Position numbers and translations under genes: made by a program. This document shows, piece by piece, positions 50,688 to 61,769 of a stretch of DNA of 64,000 bases; position 1 is the stretch's first letter, and every line of letters begins with the position of its first letter. The notes beneath the pieces were generated by a model. That model was not told the origin of the DNA. It did not search any database and was given only the letters and a program-made list of their open reading frames with translations. Origin of the DNA: Opitutia bacterium (GTDB lineage Bacteria > Verrucomicrobiota > Verrucomicrobiia > Opitutales > Opitutaceae); assembly GCA_016187925.1 (NCBI GenBank), contig JACPIS010000040.1, positions 37,242 to 101,241 on the forward strand, in the 5' to 3' direction.

Positions 50688-50760
50688 TTTCTTGTTTCCT
50701 AATTTTGGGTCGCCGGCCCTCGACGTTGCTCGGGCCGACTCGGATTTCAGTTGAAGGGGA

Positions 50761-51273
50761 TCAGCTGCGGACGGCCTTGATGTCCACGGCCATGCGGAGC
50801 TTGCGGAGGCCGTTGAGCGTGGCGTGGACGACGGCGATGTGGTTCTTGGAACCCATCGACTTCGTGAGCACGTTGTGCACGCCGGCGGCCTCGAGGACGG
50901 CGCGGACGCCGCCGCCGGCGATCAGGCCGGTGCCGGGCGTGGCCGGGCGGAGGAACACCTTGCCGCCGTCGAACTCGCCGAGGACCTCGTGCGGGATGGT
51001 GTCGCCCTTGAGCTTGACGGGCACCATGTGCTTCTTGGCGTGCTCGGTGGACTTGCGGATGGCGTCGGGGACCTCGTTGGCCTTGCCGTAGCCGATGCCG
51101 ACGTTGCCCTTGCCGTCGCCGACGACGGCGAGAGCGGAGAACGAGAAACGGCGGCCACCCTTGACGACCTTGGCGCAGCGGTTGATGTAGACGACCTTCT
51201 CGATCATGCCGGAATCGGCCTCGTTGTCGGAGGGACCGCGACCGGAAGAGAATGACCTGTTATTGTTTGTCAT
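50761..51273 (-). CDS. rpsE: 30S ribosomal protein S5
   Basis: ...[30 protein letters not shown]... Confidence 0.97.
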   Translation of the reverse strand: MTNNNRSFSSGRGPSDNEADSGMIEKVVYINRCAKVVKGGRRFSFSALAVVGDGKGNVGIGYGKANEVPDAIRKSTEHAKKHMVPVKLKGDTIPHEVLGEFDGGKVFLRPATPGTGLIAGGGVRAVLEAAGVHNVLTKSMGSKNHIAVVHATLNGLRKLRMAVDIKAVRS

Positions 51274-51282
51274 GGGCGGAGA

Positions 51283-51648
51283 TTAGAATTGGAGGCCGCC
51301 TTCGCGCGCGGCGTCGGCGAAGGTCTTGACGCGGCCGTGGTAGGGCCGGCCGTTGCGGTCGAACACGACGGAGGACAGACCGGCGGCCTTGGCCTTGGCG
51401 GCGAAGGCGACTCCGAGCGTCTTGGCGCCGGAGACATTGCCCTTCACCTTCGACTTGCGGACCTCGGGATCGAGGGTCGAGAGGAAGACGAGGGTCTTGC
51501 CGGCGGCGTCGTCGACGGCCTGGGCGTAGATGTGCTTGCCCGAGAACTTGACGGAGAGACGCGGGCGCACGGCGGTGCCGGTGACGGTCTTGCGGATGCG
51601 CCACTTGCGCTTCTGGAGCAGCTGGGCTTTGCGAATGGTATTGGACAT
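51283..51648 (-). CDS. rplR: 50S ribosomal protein L18
   Basis: ...RPRLSV..S.KHIYAQ..DD... Confidence 0.96.
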   Translation of the reverse strand: MSNTIRKAQLLQKRKWRIRKTVTGTAVRPRLSVKFSGKHIYAQAVDDAAGKTLVFLSTLDPEVRKSKVKGNVSGAKTLGVAFAAKAKAAGLSSVVFDRNGRPYHGRVKTFADAAREGGLQF

Positions 51649-51674
51649 GGTGATGCGGCCTTGAGGTTGCGGCG

Positions 51675-52220
51675 TTAGGCGACGGTCTTGCCTTCCTTGC
51701 GGCGGACGCGCTCGGCGTGCTCGCCCACGATGCGCACGCCCTTGCCCTTGTAGGGCTCCGGCGGGTAGTAGGCGCGGATCTCGGCGGTCACCTGACCGAC
51801 GAGCTGCTTGTCGGCACCCTCGACCTTGAGCTTGGTGCCGTCGGTGACGGTGACCTTGATGCCCTCGGGGATGTCGTGGAGGATCGCGTGGGAGTAGCCC
51901 AGCGCGAGGTCGAGCTGCTTGCCCTTGAGCGCGGCCTTGAAGCCGACGCCCTGGATCTCGAGCTCCTTGAGGTAGCCGACGGAGGCGCCCTTGACCATGC
52001 CGGCGATCACGGAGCGGACCGTGCCGTACATGGCCTTGGAGAAACGGGTCTCCTCGGAGGGGGCGACAACGACGGTGTTGTCCTTCTTCTCGATCTTCAC
52101 GACGGGCGCGAAGGTCTTCGAAACTTTGCCCTTGGGGCCGTCGACGGACACCGTGGTGCCCTTGATGTCGACCTTGACCTTGTCGGGGATCTGAACGGGT
52201 TGTTTGCCAATTCTGCTCAT
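51675..52220 (-). CDS. rplF: 50S ribosomal protein L6
   Basis: MSRIGKQPVQIP..V.V. AAGGAG lies 8 nt upstream of ATG 52220. Confidence 0.96.
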   Translation of the reverse strand: MSRIGKQPVQIPDKVKVDIKGTTVSVDGPKGKVSKTFAPVVKIEKKDNTVVVAPSEETRFSKAMYGTVRSVIAGMVKGASVGYLKELEIQGVGFKAALKGKQLDLALGYSHAILHDIPEGIKVTVTDGTKLKVEGADKQLVGQVTAEIRAYYPPEPYKGKGVRIVGEHAERVRRKEGKTVA

Positions 52221-52233
52221 GGTGCGGTGCTCC

Positions 52234-52626
52234 TTACCAGACGGTGCAGACGAGCTCGCCACCGAGCTTGTTGCGGCGGGCGTCCTGGTCCTTCATGAGG
52301 CCCTTGGACGTTGAGACGATGGCGATGCCGAGGCCGTTGAGGACGCGGGGCAGATCGCTGTAGCCGAAGTAGAGGCGGCGGCCGGGAGTGGACGCGCGCT
52401 TGAGGCCGGTGATGACGGGGGTGTTGTCCACATACTTCATCGCGACGATGATGGTCTTGTGGCCGCGCTCGTCGGTGCCGGTGGAGACCTCGCGCACGAA
52501 ACCCTCGTTCTTGAGGATGCCGGCGAGACTCTCGCGGAGGTTGGAGTGCGGGGCGACGCACTCGGTGAGACCGGCCTTCGACGCATTGCGGAGGCGGGTC
52601 AGGAAATCACTGATCGGATCGGTCAT
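52234..52626 (-). CDS. rpsH: 30S ribosomal protein S8
   Basis: MTDPISDFLTRLRNA... Confidence 0.97.
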   Translation of the reverse strand: MTDPISDFLTRLRNASKAGLTECVAPHSNLRESLAGILKNEGFVREVSTGTDERGHKTIIVAMKYVDNTPVITGLKRASTPGRRLYFGYSDLPRVLNGLGIAIVSTSKGLMKDQDARRNKLGGELVCTVW

Positions 52627-52688
52627 GGATGGATGTCGTTTTGATTGCGGCCGCGCGGGTCATATCCGACCCCCGTGGGCCAAAGTGG

Positions 52689-52994
52689 TTACCAGGAGGA
52701 CTTGGTGACGCCGGGGATCTTGCCGGCGAGCGCGAGCTCGCGGAGCGTGATGCGGGAGACGCCGAACTTGCGGTGGAAGCCGCGCGGGCGGCCGCTCAGG
52801 GAGCAGCGGTTGCGGATGCGGATCTTCGACGAGTTGCGCGGGAGCTTCTGGAGCTTCTTCTGCGCAGCGTGGAAATCGTCGTCGCTCGTCGCCGGGTTGG
52901 CGAGGATGGCCTTCAGCTCGGCGCGCTTGGCGGCGAACTTGTCGGTGAGGCGGATGCGCTTCTTGTTGCGTTCGATGGCGGAGGTTTTCGGCAT
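52689..52994 (-). CDS. rpsN: 30S ribosomal protein S14 (long, non-zinc type)
   Basis: [13 protein letters not shown] ... RNRC..SGRPRG....FG.SRI.LRELA..G.IPGV.K.SW. 101 aa. Confidence 0.95.
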   Translation of the reverse strand: MPKTSAIERNKKRIRLTDKFAAKRAELKAILANPATSDDDFHAAQKKLQKLPRNSSKIRIRNRCSLSGRPRGFHRKFGVSRITLRELALAGKIPGVTKSSW

Positions 52995-53008
52995 GGCGCG
53001 GGAACGGG

Positions 53009-53587
53009 TTAGGCGGCGGTGTTCTTGGTGGCGACGGTCTCGGTGCGGCGGAAGGGCATGCCGAGGAGCTTCAGGAGCTCGCGGGCCTCGTCGTCGGACT
53101 GGGCCGAGGTGACGAGGGTGATGTCGAGGCCCATGTGGCGCTTGTTGCTCTCGACGGAGATCTCGGGGAAGATGGTGAAATCGGTGACGCCGATGTTGTA
53201 GTTGCCCTGGCCGTCGAGCTTGTTGGGCACGCCGCGGAAGTCGCGGATGGTGGGCAGCGCCACGGCGAGGAGGCGCATGAGGAAGTGCCACATGGCGTCG
53301 CCGCGCAGCGTGACGTGGCAGCCGACGAACTGGCCCTGCTTGAGCTTGAAGTTCGCGATGGCCTTGCGGGAGCGCGCGAGCACGGCCTTCTGGCCGGCGA
53401 TGGCGGTCAGGTCGCGCTGCGTGTCGGCGATGACGTTCTTGTCGGCCTCGGCGGAGATGCCCGTGTTGAGGACGATCTTCTCAAGCTTCGGCACCTGGTG
53501 CTTGTTCTTGTAGCCGCGCGCGGCGGTGAGCGCCGGGACGACGGTCTCGGCGTAGTGTTTTTTGAGAGGGGGGACGTTCTTGCTCAT
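53009..53587 (-). CDS. rplE: 50S ribosomal protein L5
   Basis: ...VTLRGD.MW.F...L..VALPRIRDFRG... Confidence 0.97.
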   Translation of the reverse strand: MSKNVPPLKKHYAETVVPALTAARGYKNKHQVPKLEKIVLNTGISAEADKNVIADTQRDLTAIAGQKAVLARSRKAIANFKLKQGQFVGCHVTLRGDAMWHFLMRLLAVALPTIRDFRGVPNKLDGQGNYNIGVTDFTIFPEISVESNKRHMGLDITLVTSAQSDDEARELLKLLGMPFRRTETVATKNTAA

Positions 53588-53628
53588 GGGAGATTACCGG
53601 GTTTCCAAGCCGGTGAAAATAGGTGGCG

Positions 53629-53907
53629 TCAGCTCTTGGCCTCGGCGGTTTTCTTGGCGCGCTTCGAGGAATCGTAGCGCGACGAGAGCATGAGGTTCGA
53701 CACGTGGATCGAGCCTTCGCGCTCGGCGATCTTGCCCTGCGGATTTTCCTGGGACTTCTTGAGGTGCTTCTTGATCATGGCGACGCCTTCGACGATGGCG
53801 CGCTGCTTGGCCGCGAGGACCTCGAGCACCTTGCCGGACTTGCCCTTGTGGGAGCCGGCGATGACGACGACGGTGTCGTTCTTCTTGATGTGAAATTTCT
53901 GGGCCAT
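53629..53907 (-). CDS. rplX: 50S ribosomal protein L24
   Basis: KOW motif: [20 protein letters not shown]. Confidence 0.95.
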   Translation of the reverse strand: MAQKFHIKKNDTVVVIAGSHKGKSGKVLEVLAAKQRAIVEGVAMIKKHLKKSQENPQGKIAEREGSIHVSNLMLSSRYDSSKRAKKTAEAKS

Positions 53908-53908
53908 G

Positions 53909-54274
53909 TTAGAGGACCTCCGGAGCGAGCGAGATGATCTTCATGTAGTTCTTGGCGCGGAGCTCGCGGGCGACCGGGCCGAAGATGCGGGTGCCCTTCG
54001 GATTGCCGTCGTCGCCGATGATGACGATCGCGTTGGAATCGAAGCGGAGGTAGCTGCCGTCGGCGCGCCGCAGGGCGGCCTTCGTGCGGACGATGACGGC
54101 CTTGTGGACCTCGCCCTTCTTCACGGTGGCGTCGGTGCTGCTCTCCTTGATGTTGACGGTGATGATGTCACCGACGTGCGCATAGCGGGTGTTCTGCCCG
54201 ATGCGGCCGATCATGGACGCGCGGCGCGCGCCCGTGTTGTCGGCGATGTCGAGAATGGAACGCATCTGGATCAT
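53909..54274 (-). CDS. rplN: 50S ribosomal protein L14
   Basis: [17 protein letters not shown]... Confidence 0.97.
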   Translation of the reverse strand: MIQMRSILDIADNTGARRASMIGRIGQNTRYAHVGDIITVNIKESSTDATVKKGEVHKAVIVRTKAALRRADGSYLRFDSNAIVIIGDDGNPKGTRIFGPVARELRAKNYMKIISLAPEVL

Positions 54275-54295
54275 GGTGGTATCTCCGGTGCGGGG

Positions 54296-54646
54296 TTAGG
54301 CTTTCGGGGCGGCCGCGACCTTGGCGGTCTTGGTCGGCACGGTCTCGGCGACGTCCTTCTCGGACACGGCGGCGGCGGCGGTGACGGCGCGCTCGATGAC
54401 GTTGATGACGCGCCAGCGCTTGAGGCGGCTCATCGGGCGGGTCTCCATGACCTCGACCTTGTCGCCGACCGTGGTTTCGTTCTTCTCGTCGTGGACGTGG
54501 AGGACGGTCTTGCGGTTGATGACCTTGTGGTAGCGCGGGTGCGGCGTCTTATAGGGGACGGTGACCTTGACGGACTTGTCGCCCATCTTGGAGCTGACGA
54601 AGCCGATCTCGGTCTTGCGGGCGCTGTGACGTTCGTGAGTGGACAT
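54296..54646 (-). CDS. rpsQ: 30S ribosomal protein S17 (Ala-rich C-terminal tail)
   Basis: ...GDKSVKV.V......HP.Y.K......K...HDE.N....GD.V.I.E.RP.S..K.W... Confidence 0.95.
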   Translation of the reverse strand: MSTHERHSARKTEIGFVSSKMGDKSVKVTVPYKTPHPRYHKVINRKTVLHVHDEKNETTVGDKVEVMETRPMSRLKRWRVINVIERAVTAAAAVSEKDVAETVPTKTAKVAAAPKA

Positions 54647-54667
54647 TGGCGGAAGTGGTTAGGCGCC

Positions 54668-54871
54668 TCAGGCGGCGGTCTGCTTGGATTTCTTCTCGGT
54701 GAGGATGGTCTCGAGGCGCGCGATGTCCTTGCGGAGGGCGCGGATCTCGTGGGTCTTCTCAACCTGGCCGGTGTTCTTGCGGAGCCGGAGCTGGAGGAGC
54801 TGCTCGCGCGTGGCGCGGAGCTTGGTGGTGATCTCGGCGGGAGCGAGGTCGCGGATTTCCTTGGTCGTCAT
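54668..54871 (-). CDS. rpmC: 50S ribosomal protein L29
   Basis: 67 aa, ...EL...L.ELR....LLQLRL...TGQ... Confidence 0.94.
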   Translation of the reverse strand: MTTKEIRDLAPAEITTKLRATREQLLQLRLRKNTGQVEKTHEIRALRKDIARLETILTEKKSKQTAA

Positions 54872-54895
54872 GTGGGCGATCTCCTGTGGGGGGGG

Positions 54896-55321
54896 TTAGA
54901 CGGCCACGCCTTCGCGCGCGATGAAGCGGCAGCGGAAGGGCAGTTTGGCGTCGGCGAGGCGGAAGGCCTCCTTGGCGATGGTGGCGGGCACGCCGGCGAG
55001 CTCGAAGAGGACGGCGCCGGGCTTGATGACGGCGACGTAGAACTCGACCGGACCCTTGCCCTGGCCCATGCGCACCTCGGCGGGCTTCTTGGTGACGGGC
55101 TTGTGCGGGAAAACGCGAATCCAGAGCTTGCCCTTGCGCTTGAGGTGGCGGGCGATGGTGACGCGGGCGGCCTCGATCTGCTGGCCGGTCATGGGACCGC
55201 GTGAGAGGGACTGGAGGCCGAATTCACCGAAGGCGAGCGTATTGCCGCGCTTGGCGTTGCCGGCACGGGAGCCCTTCATCGACTTGCGATACTTGGTGCG
55301 GGCGGGTGTGAGAGTGGACAT
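54896..55321 (-). CDS. rplP: 50S ribosomal protein L16
   Basis: ...P.RTKYRK..KG...G.A..G....FG.FGL... Confidence 0.97.
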   Translation of the reverse strand: MSTLTPARTKYRKSMKGSRAGNAKRGNTLAFGEFGLQSLSRGPMTGQQIEAARVTIARHLKRKGKLWIRVFPHKPVTKKPAEVRMGQGKGPVEFYVAVIKPGAVLFELAGVPATIAKEAFRLADAKLPFRCRFIAREGVAV

Positions 55322-55373
55322 GGCTTGAGTGAGCTAGGAGAGCGGAGGGCGCGGGACCCGGTGCTCGGTTAGG

Positions 55374-56003
55374 TTAATTGGATTCGTCCTTTTTGCAGAT
55401 CCAGCACTTGACGCCGATCTTGCCCCAGACGGTGCGGGCTTCGGCGAATCCGTAATCGATGTTCTCGCGGAGAGTGTGGAGCGGGATGCGGCCCTGGCGC
55501 TGCCACTCGCGGCGCGCGATGTCGGCGCCACCGAGGCGGCCGGAGCACTGGATCTTGATGCCGTCGATGCCGAGGGACATGGCCATCTGCACGGACTTCT
55601 TGATGGCGCGGCGGAAGGCGACGCGGCGCTCCAGCTGGAGCGCGACGTTCTCGGCCACGAGCTGGGCCTCGATCTCGGGCTTCTTGACCTCCTGGATGTC
55701 GAGGAGGACTTCCTTGCCCGTGAGCTTGCCGAGCTGGACCTTCATGTTCTCGACCTCCTGGCCCTTCTTGCCGATGACGATGCCGGGGCGGGCGGTGAAG
55801 ATTTTCACGCGGACGCGGTTGCCGGCGCGCTCGATGAAGATGCGCGGCACGGAGGCCTGGCGGAGCTTCTCCATGAGCGTGTCACGGATGACCTGGTCCT
55901 CGTGGAGGAGCTTGGCGAAATCCTTCTTGCGGGCGAACCAGCGAGACTGCCAGTTGCGGCGGACGGCGAGGCGGAAACCGGTTGGGTTGGTTTTTTGTCC
56001 CAT
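55374..56003 (-). CDS. rpsC: 30S ribosomal protein S3
   Basis: [12 protein letters not shown]....W.S.WFA... with a KH domain. Confidence 0.97.
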   Translation of the reverse strand: MGQKTNPTGFRLAVRRNWQSRWFARKKDFAKLLHEDQVIRDTLMEKLRQASVPRIFIERAGNRVRVKIFTARPGIVIGKKGQEVENMKVQLGKLTGKEVLLDIQEVKKPEIEAQLVAENVALQLERRVAFRRAIKKSVQMAMSLGIDGIKIQCSGRLGGADIARREWQRQGRIPLHTLRENIDYGFAEARTVWGKIGVKCWICKKDESN

Positions 56004-56015
56004 GGTGAAGAGGGG

Positions 56016-56354
56016 TTAGGCTTGGCTGTCCGAGAGGACGATGCGGAGGTGAGACATGCGCTTGACGCGGGGCTTGGCGGAACCTTTGGCGCCGGCCTTG
56101 AAGCGCTTGAGCACGGGGCCGTTCTCGACGAGGGCGCGGTGCACGAACAGCTTGTCGGCGGAAAGGTTGTGGTTGTTCTCGGCGTTCGCCACGGCGCTCT
56201 TGAGCGTCTTGGCGAGGAGGCGCGCGGACTTGCGCGGGATGAGCGTGACCAGGTCGAGCGCCTCGGGCACGGAGCGGCCCTGGATCTCGTTGGCAACTTC
56301 GCGCACCTTCTTGGGCGACATGCGCGCGTAACGGGTGAGAGCTTGAATTTCCAT
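56016..56354 (-). CDS. rplV: 50S ribosomal protein L22
   Basis: ...RMSP.K.R.VA..I.G......L... Confidence 0.96.
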   Translation of the reverse strand: MEIQALTRYARMSPKKVREVANEIQGRSVPEALDLVTLIPRKSARLLAKTLKSAVANAENNHNLSADKLFVHRALVENGPVLKRFKAGAKGSAKPRVKRMSHLRIVLSDSQA

Positions 56355-56380
56355 TGTGGTATTCCGGTTGGGCGCGGGCC

Positions 56381-56659
56381 TCAGATTTCCTTGCGCGTCA
56401 TGCCGCCGTGCGCCTTGAAGATGCGCGTGGGGGCGAACTCGCCGAGCTTGTGGCCGACCATGTTCTCCGTGACGTACACGGGAACGAAAGCCTTGCCGTT
56501 ATGAACGTTGAACGTCTGGCCGACGAAGTCGGGCGTGATGGTCGAGCGACGGCTCCAGGTCTGGATGGGCTTGCGGGCGCCACTGACCTTCGCGGCCTTC
56601 TGGACCTTCTCCAGGAGGTGGTAGTCGACGAAGAAACCTTTTTTGATGGAACGGGCCAT
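56381..56659 (-). CDS. rpsS: 30S ribosomal protein S19
   Basis: [17 protein letters not shown]... HNGK.F.PV.V...[13 protein letters not shown]. Confidence 0.97.
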   Translation of the reverse strand: MARSIKKGFFVDYHLLEKVQKAAKVSGARKPIQTWSRRSTITPDFVGQTFNVHNGKAFVPVYVTENMVGHKLGEFAPTRIFKAHGGMTRKEI

Positions 56660-56678
56660 GGATGGGAGTCGTTAAAGA

Positions 56679-57545
56679 TTACTTCTTGCCGCGCGGCGGA
56701 CGGCCGTTCTTGCGGGTGAGAATGAGGGAGTTGGAGGGCTTGGAGCGGCGGCGCGTCGGGAAGCCCTTGGCGAGCTGGCCCCACGGCGACACGAGGTGCT
56801 GGCGGCCGCCACCACCCTTGGACTTGCCCTGGCCGCCACCGTTCGGGTGGTCGACCGGGTTCATGGCGACGCCGCGCACGCGCGGGCGGCGGCCGAGCCA
56901 GCGGTTGCGGCCGGCCTTGCCGAGCTTGCGCTTGCTGTGGTCCTCGTTGCCGACCTCGCCGATCGTGGCGCGGCAGTGCGCGTTCACGAGGCGGGTCTCG
57001 CCGGAGGACATCTTGAGCTGGGCCATGCCGTTCTCGACGGCGACGAGCTCGACGGAGCTGCCGGCGGAGCGGGCGACCTGCGCACCGCGGCCGGGCAGCA
57101 GCTCGACGGCGTGCACCTTGGTGGCGGGCGGGATGACGGCCAGCGGGAAGCTGTTGCCGGGGCGATAGTCGTTCGACTCGGTCTTCAGTGCGCTGTAGAT
57201 CGAATCGCCGACCTTGAGGCCCTTCGGGGCGATGATGTAGCTCTTCGTGCCGTCGGCGTAGGAGAGGAGCGCGAGCAACGCGCTGCGGTTGGGATCGTAT
57301 TCGATCGCCTGGACCTTGGCGGGCATGTCGAGCTTGGCGCGCTTGAAGTCGATGACGCGGTAGAGCTTCTTGTGGCCGCCGCCGCGGCGACGCGACGTGA
57401 TGCGGCCATAGACGTTGCGGCCACCGGACTTGTTCTTGGACTCGACCAAGGAACGCTCGGGGCGTTTCGTGGAAATTTCCTCGGGGCGGTTCAGCTCGGT
57501 GAAACGCAGCGCGGCGGTGAGGGGACGGAAGGATTTGATAGCCAT
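56679..57545 (-). CDS. rplB: 50S ribosomal protein L2
   Basis: ...GRN..GRIT.R.RGGGHK..YR.IDF.R... GVAMNPVDHP.GGG.G. Confidence 0.97.
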   Translation of the reverse strand: MAIKSFRPLTAALRFTELNRPEEISTKRPERSLVESKNKSGGRNVYGRITSRRRGGGHKKLYRVIDFKRAKLDMPAKVQAIEYDPNRSALLALLSYADGTKSYIIAPKGLKVGDSIYSALKTESNDYRPGNSFPLAVIPPATKVHAVELLPGRGAQVARSAGSSVELVAVENGMAQLKMSSGETRLVNAHCRATIGEVGNEDHSKRKLGKAGRNRWLGRRPRVRGVAMNPVDHPNGGGQGKSKGGGGRQHLVSPWGQLAKGFPTRRRSKPSNSLILTRKNGRPPRGKK

Positions 57546-57558
57546 GGCGGGTGGTTCC

Positions 57559-57843
57559 TCAGACGAGCTCGATCTTGTCGCCCTGCTTGAGGGTGACGAT
57601 GGCGCGCTTCGAGTCGGAGGCGGTGGTGGGCAGGCCGCGGCGGGAACGCTTCGGCTTGCCCTTGATGTTTTGGATGTTCACGCGCTTCACGGTGACCTTG
57701 AAGGTCTGCTCGACGGCCTCGCGCACGGTGTGCTTGGTGGCCGAGGGATAGACCTCGAAGGTGTACTGCCCGTAGTTGGAGGAGAGCTTCGAAGCCTTCT
57801 CCGTCAGGCGCATGCTTTTGAGAACTTTGTCGGCGCTAATCAT
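57559..57843 (-). CDS. rplW: 50S ribosomal protein L23
   Basis: 94 aa L23 fold, between rplD and rplB. Confidence 0.95.
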   Translation of the reverse strand: MISADKVLKSMRLTEKASKLSSNYGQYTFEVYPSATKHTVREAVEQTFKVTVKRVNIQNIKGKPKRSRRGLPTTASDSKRAIVTLKQGDKIELV

Positions 57844-58472
57844 GACTGACCTCCGGTGGCGCGAGCGATGAGCTGCTCGATGGCCTTGGTGGAAACGACG
57901 ATCTTGCTGTAGGCGACGAGATCGAGGGTGTTGAGCTTGGCGGCCTCCTGCAGGGTCACGCGGTCGAGGTTGCGCGCGGCGCGCGAGGTCTCGGCGGTGA
58001 AGGGAGCGTCGACGAGGAGCACCTTGCCCTTGGGGGCGATGCGGCTGACGACCTGGCCCATGAGCTTGGTCTTGGGCTGGGCGGGCGAGAAGGCCTCGAT
58101 GACATCGACATCGCCGGCGACGGCGCGGTCGAACAGGGCGCGGGAGAAAGCGAGGGCCTTCACCTTGCCGTTGATCTTCTTCGAGAAATCGCGGGGCTTC
58201 GGGCCGAACACGACACCGCCACCGCTCCAGAGCGGCGAACGGCTGGAGCCGGCGCGGGCGCGGCCGGAACCCTTCTGATTCCAGGGCTTCTTGCCACCGC
58301 CGCGGACTTCGCCGCGGGTCTTGGTGGAGCGGGTGCCCTGGCGGGCGTTGGCGCGGTGCGCGACGACGACTTCCTTGACGGCCTGGAGGCCCTTGTCGCC
58401 TTCGAAGGTCGGGAGCTTGAACTCCTTCTCGGTGCTCTTCGTGGCGTCGGTGCTGTAAACTTTAAGCTTCAT
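57840..58472 (-). CDS. rplD: 50S ribosomal protein L4
   Basis: ...R.GT...KTRGEV.GGG.KPW.QKG.G.AR.GS.RSP.W.GGG..FGP... Its stop overlaps the rplW start. Confidence 0.97.
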   Translation of the reverse strand: MKLKVYSTDATKSTEKEFKLPTFEGDKGLQAVKEVVVAHRANARQGTRSTKTRGEVRGGGKKPWNQKGSGRARAGSSRSPLWSGGGVVFGPKPRDFSKKINGKVKALAFSRALFDRAVAGDVDVIEAFSPAQPKTKLMGQVVSRIAPKGKVLLVDAPFTAETSRAARNLDRVTLQEAAKLNTLDLVAYSKIVVSTKAIEQLIARATGGQS

Positions 58473-58487
58473 GATGGGTCAGTCTCC

Positions 58488-59129
58488 TTAGGCTTTCTTG
58501 GCCTTCTTGCCGGCGCGGACGATCACCGTGTCGCCGTTGGCGCCGGGGATGGCGCCCTTGACGAGCAGCAGGTTCTTGTCGGCGATGACCTTCACGACGC
58601 GCAGATTCTGCACGGTGCGGTTGTCGCTGCCCATGTGGCCGGGCATGCGCTGGTTCTTCCACGAGCGGCCGGGCGTCTGGCGCATGCCGATGGAGCCGAT
58701 GCGGCGGTGGAACATCGAACCGTGCGAGGCGGGACCGCCGGCGACACGGAAGCGTTTCACGACGCCCTGGAAGCCCTTGCCCTTGCTGACGCCGATGACG
58801 TCGACGATCTGGCCCTCGGTGAACGCAGTGACGGTGACGACGTCACCGGCCTTCACGGTGGGGGCCTCGGCGAGGCGGACTTCGCTCAGCTCGCGCGGGC
58901 TAGACTCGAGACCCGCCTTCTTGGCGTGGTTGGCCTCGGCCTTGGAGGTGTTCTTGGACTTCTTCGAACCGAAGCCAAGCTGCACCGCGTTATAACCGTC
59001 GGTGGCGACGGTCTTGACTTGGACAACCGGGCAGGGGCCGGCTTCCACGACGGTGACGGGCACGAGCACGTTCTGTGCGTCGTAGACCTGCGTCATTCCG
59101 AGTTTTTTGCCTAATAGAGTAGTGATCAT
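58488..59129 (-). CDS. rplC: 50S ribosomal protein L3
   Basis: ...LLGKK.GMTQ.....G...PVTV.E..P......K....DGY.A.QLG... Confidence 0.97.
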   Translation of the reverse strand: MITTLLGKKLGMTQVYDAQNVLVPVTVVEAGPCPVVQVKTVATDGYNAVQLGFGSKKSKNTSKAEANHAKKAGLESSPRELSEVRLAEAPTVKAGDVVTVTAFTEGQIVDVIGVSKGKGFQGVVKRFRVAGGPASHGSMFHRRIGSIGMRQTPGRSWKNQRMPGHMGSDNRTVQNLRVVKVIADKNLLLVKGAIPGANGDTVIVRAGKKAKKA

Positions 59130-59235
59130 AGGCTAAGTGGTAGGTGGAGGGTTTCCGTTTGGTTTAGACCTACATTAGCAATCCGGCGAGGGAGCCACCG
59201 GTGGCTGCTAAAGTGACTGTCTGAAAGTTGTGTCG

Positions 59236-59544
59236 TTAGACGTTGATCGTGATGTCGACGCCCGAGGGCAGGTTGAGTTTCTTGAGCTCGTCGACCGTCT
59301 GGGCCGTGGGCTCGAGGATGTCGATCAGGCGCTTGTGCGTGCGGGACTCGAACTGCTCCATCGACTTCTTGTCGACGTGCGGGGAGCGATTGACGGTGAC
59401 CTTCTCGATGCGGGTGGGCAGCGGGATGGGACCGGAGACGCGCGCGCCGGAGCGCTTGGCGGTTTCGACGATTTCCAGGGCGGACTGATCGATCACACGG
59501 TAATCGAAGCCCTGGAGTTTGATGCGAATGCGTTGGCCTTTCAT
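59236..59544 (-). CDS. rpsJ: 30S ribosomal protein S10
   Basis: ...IRIKL...D...ID.S...IV.TA.R.GA...GPIPLPT.... Confidence 0.97.
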   Translation of the reverse strand: MKGQRIRIKLQGFDYRVIDQSALEIVETAKRSGARVSGPIPLPTRIEKVTVNRSPHVDKKSMEQFESRTHKRLIDILEPTAQTVDELKKLNLPSGVDITINV

Positions 59545-59564
59545 GGCGGTATAAAGAACGGGGG

Positions 59565-61757
59565 TTAGGTACGAGCCGGGGCCTTGGAGGAGGTCTCGAC
59601 GATCTTGGCGAGCAGGTTGTTCGGCACCTGCGCGAAGTGCGACGGCGTGATGGAGGCGCTGGCGCGGCCCTTCGACAGGGAACGGATGTCCGTGACGTAG
59701 CCGAAGAGCATCTCGAGCGGAACGTGGGCCGCGATGATGCAGGCGCCGTTCTTGTTCTCCATGCCCTGAATCTGGCCGCGGCGGCGGTTGATGTCGCCCA
59801 TCAGATCGCCCTGATACTCTTCCGGCGTGGTCACCTCGACGCCCATGATGGGCTCGAGGAGGATGGGCTTGGCGGCCTTCATGGCTTCCTTGAAGCCGAA
59901 GATGCCGGCCATCTTGAACGCGAGTTCGGACGAGTCGACCTCGTGGAACGAGCCGTCGATGATCCGGACGATGACGTCCACGACCGGGTAGCCGGCGACG
60001 GCGCCGTTGTTGGCGCCCTCGAGGATACCGTCCGTGGCGGGCTTGATGAATTCCTTCGGGATGACGCCACCCACGATCTCGTTGACGACCTCGACGCCCT
60101 TGCCCTTTTCGTTGGGCTCGATCTTGACGACGACGTGGCCGTACTGGCCCTTGCCGCCCGACTGGCGGATGAACTTGCCCTCGCCTTCCGCCTTGGCCGT
60201 CACGGTCTCGCGGTACGCGATCTGCGGCTTGCCGACGGTCGCCTCGACCTTGAACTCGCGCTTCATGCGGTCGACGATGATCTCGAGGTGCAGCTCGCCC
60301 ATGCCGGCGAGAATGGTCTGGCCGGTGTCCTGATCGGTCTTGACGCGGAGGGTCGGATCCTCGGCCACGAGGCGCTGGAGCGCGACGCCGAGCTTTTCCT
60401 GGTCGCCCTTCGAGTTCGGCTCGATGGACATCGCAATGACGGGCTCGGGGAAGGACGGCGGCTCGAGGCGGATGTCGAAGTCCTCATCGCACAGCGTGTC
60501 GCCGGTGATGACCTCCTTGACGCCGACGAGCGCGCAGATGTCGCCCGAGTAGGCCATGTCGATTTCCTCGCGGTCCATGGCGCGCATCAGCACGAGGCGC
60601 GAGACGCGCTCGGTGCGGCGGGTGCGGGGATTGTAGAGCGGCGTGCCCTTCTTGAGGATGCCGGTGTAGACGCGGTAGAAAACGAGCTTACCGACGAACG
60701 GGTCGGTCCAGAGCTTGAAGGCGAGGCCGGCGAGCTTCGACTTGTCGTCGACGACCGCCAGGACTTCCTTGCCGTCGCTGTCCTGGCCCTTCATGGCGGG
60801 GACATCGATCGGGCTCGGGAGGTAGTTGACGACGCAGTCGAGGAGGCGCTGCACGCCCTTCTTCTTGAAGGCGGAGCCCGGGATGACGCCGGTGAACTTC
60901 ATCGACACCGTGGCCTTGCGGACGGCGAGGATGAACTCTTCGGTGGTGATCTCTTCGCCTCCGAGGTATTTCTCGGCAATGACGTCGTCGAAATCGGAAA
61001 CGGCCTCGATCAGCTTCTCGCGGTATTCCTTCGCCTGCTTGGCGTACTCGGCCGGGATCGCGGAGGTGACCGGGTTCATGCCGAGCTGGTCCGTCGTGTC
61101 GTCGAAGATGTAAGCGACGTTCTGCACGAGGTCGATCAGGCCGTTGAAGTTTTCCTCCTGGCCGATCGGAATGTAGAGCGGATGGGCGTTGGCCTTGAGC
61201 TTCTCGCGCATCTCGTCGACGGCGCGGAAGAAGTTGGCGCCGGTGCGGTCCATCTTGTTGACGAACGCGACGCGTGGCACGCCGTACTTGTTGGCTTGGC
61301 GCCAGACGGTCTCGGACTGCGGCTGCACGCCGGCCACCGCGCAGAACACGGCGACGGCGCCGTCGAGCACGCGCATGGAGCGCTCCACCTCGGCGGTGAA
61401 GTCGACATGCCCGGGGGTGTCGATGATGTTAATGCGCTGCTTGATGCCCTTCCACGGGCCGAAGGAGGCGTTCCAGGCGCAGGAAATGGCGGCGGCGGTG
61501 ATCGTGATGCCGCGCTCGCGCTCCTGCTCCATCCAGTCGGTCACCGTGGTGCCCTCGTGGACTTCGCCCATCTTGTGGACGGCGCCGGAGTAGAAAAGAA
61601 TGCGCTCGGTCGTCGTGGTCTTGCCGGCGTCGATGTGCGCGGCGATGCCGATGTTGCGCGTCCACTCGAGCGGGAACGGACGGTCCTTGGCGTTGGCCGG
61701 AGCGACCTTGGCCTTGTCGGTGACGACGGTGATCTTGAGGGGAGATTCGACGGACAT
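59565..61757 (-). CDS. fusA: Elongation factor G (with an N-terminal extension of about 25 aa)
   Basis: Contains [33 protein letters not shown] and NKMDR. 730 aa. Confidence 0.97.
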   Translation of the reverse strand: MSVESPLKITVVTDKAKVAPANAKDRPFPLEWTRNIGIAAHIDAGKTTTTERILFYSGAVHKMGEVHEGTTVTDWMEQERERGITITAAAISCAWNASFGPWKGIKQRINIIDTPGHVDFTAEVERSMRVLDGAVAVFCAVAGVQPQSETVWRQANKYGVPRVAFVNKMDRTGANFFRAVDEMREKLKANAHPLYIPIGQEENFNGLIDLVQNVAYIFDDTTDQLGMNPVTSAIPAEYAKQAKEYREKLIEAVSDFDDVIAEKYLGGEEITTEEFILAVRKATVSMKFTGVIPGSAFKKKGVQRLLDCVVNYLPSPIDVPAMKGQDSDGKEVLAVVDDKSKLAGLAFKLWTDPFVGKLVFYRVYTGILKKGTPLYNPRTRRTERVSRLVLMRAMDREEIDMAYSGDICALVGVKEVITGDTLCDEDFDIRLEPPSFPEPVIAMSIEPNSKGDQEKLGVALQRLVAEDPTLRVKTDQDTGQTILAGMGELHLEIIVDRMKREFKVEATVGKPQIAYRETVTAKAEGEGKFIRQSGGKGQYGHVVVKIEPNEKGKGVEVVNEIVGGVIPKEFIKPATDGILEGANNGAVAGYPVVDVIVRIIDGSFHEVDSSELAFKMAGIFGFKEAMKAAKPILLEPIMGVEVTTPEEYQGDLMGDINRRRGQIQGMENKNGACIIAAHVPLEMLFGYVTDIRSLSKGRASASITPSHFAQVPNNLLAKIVETSSKAPART

Positions 61758-61769
61758 GCGTGTGGATCC

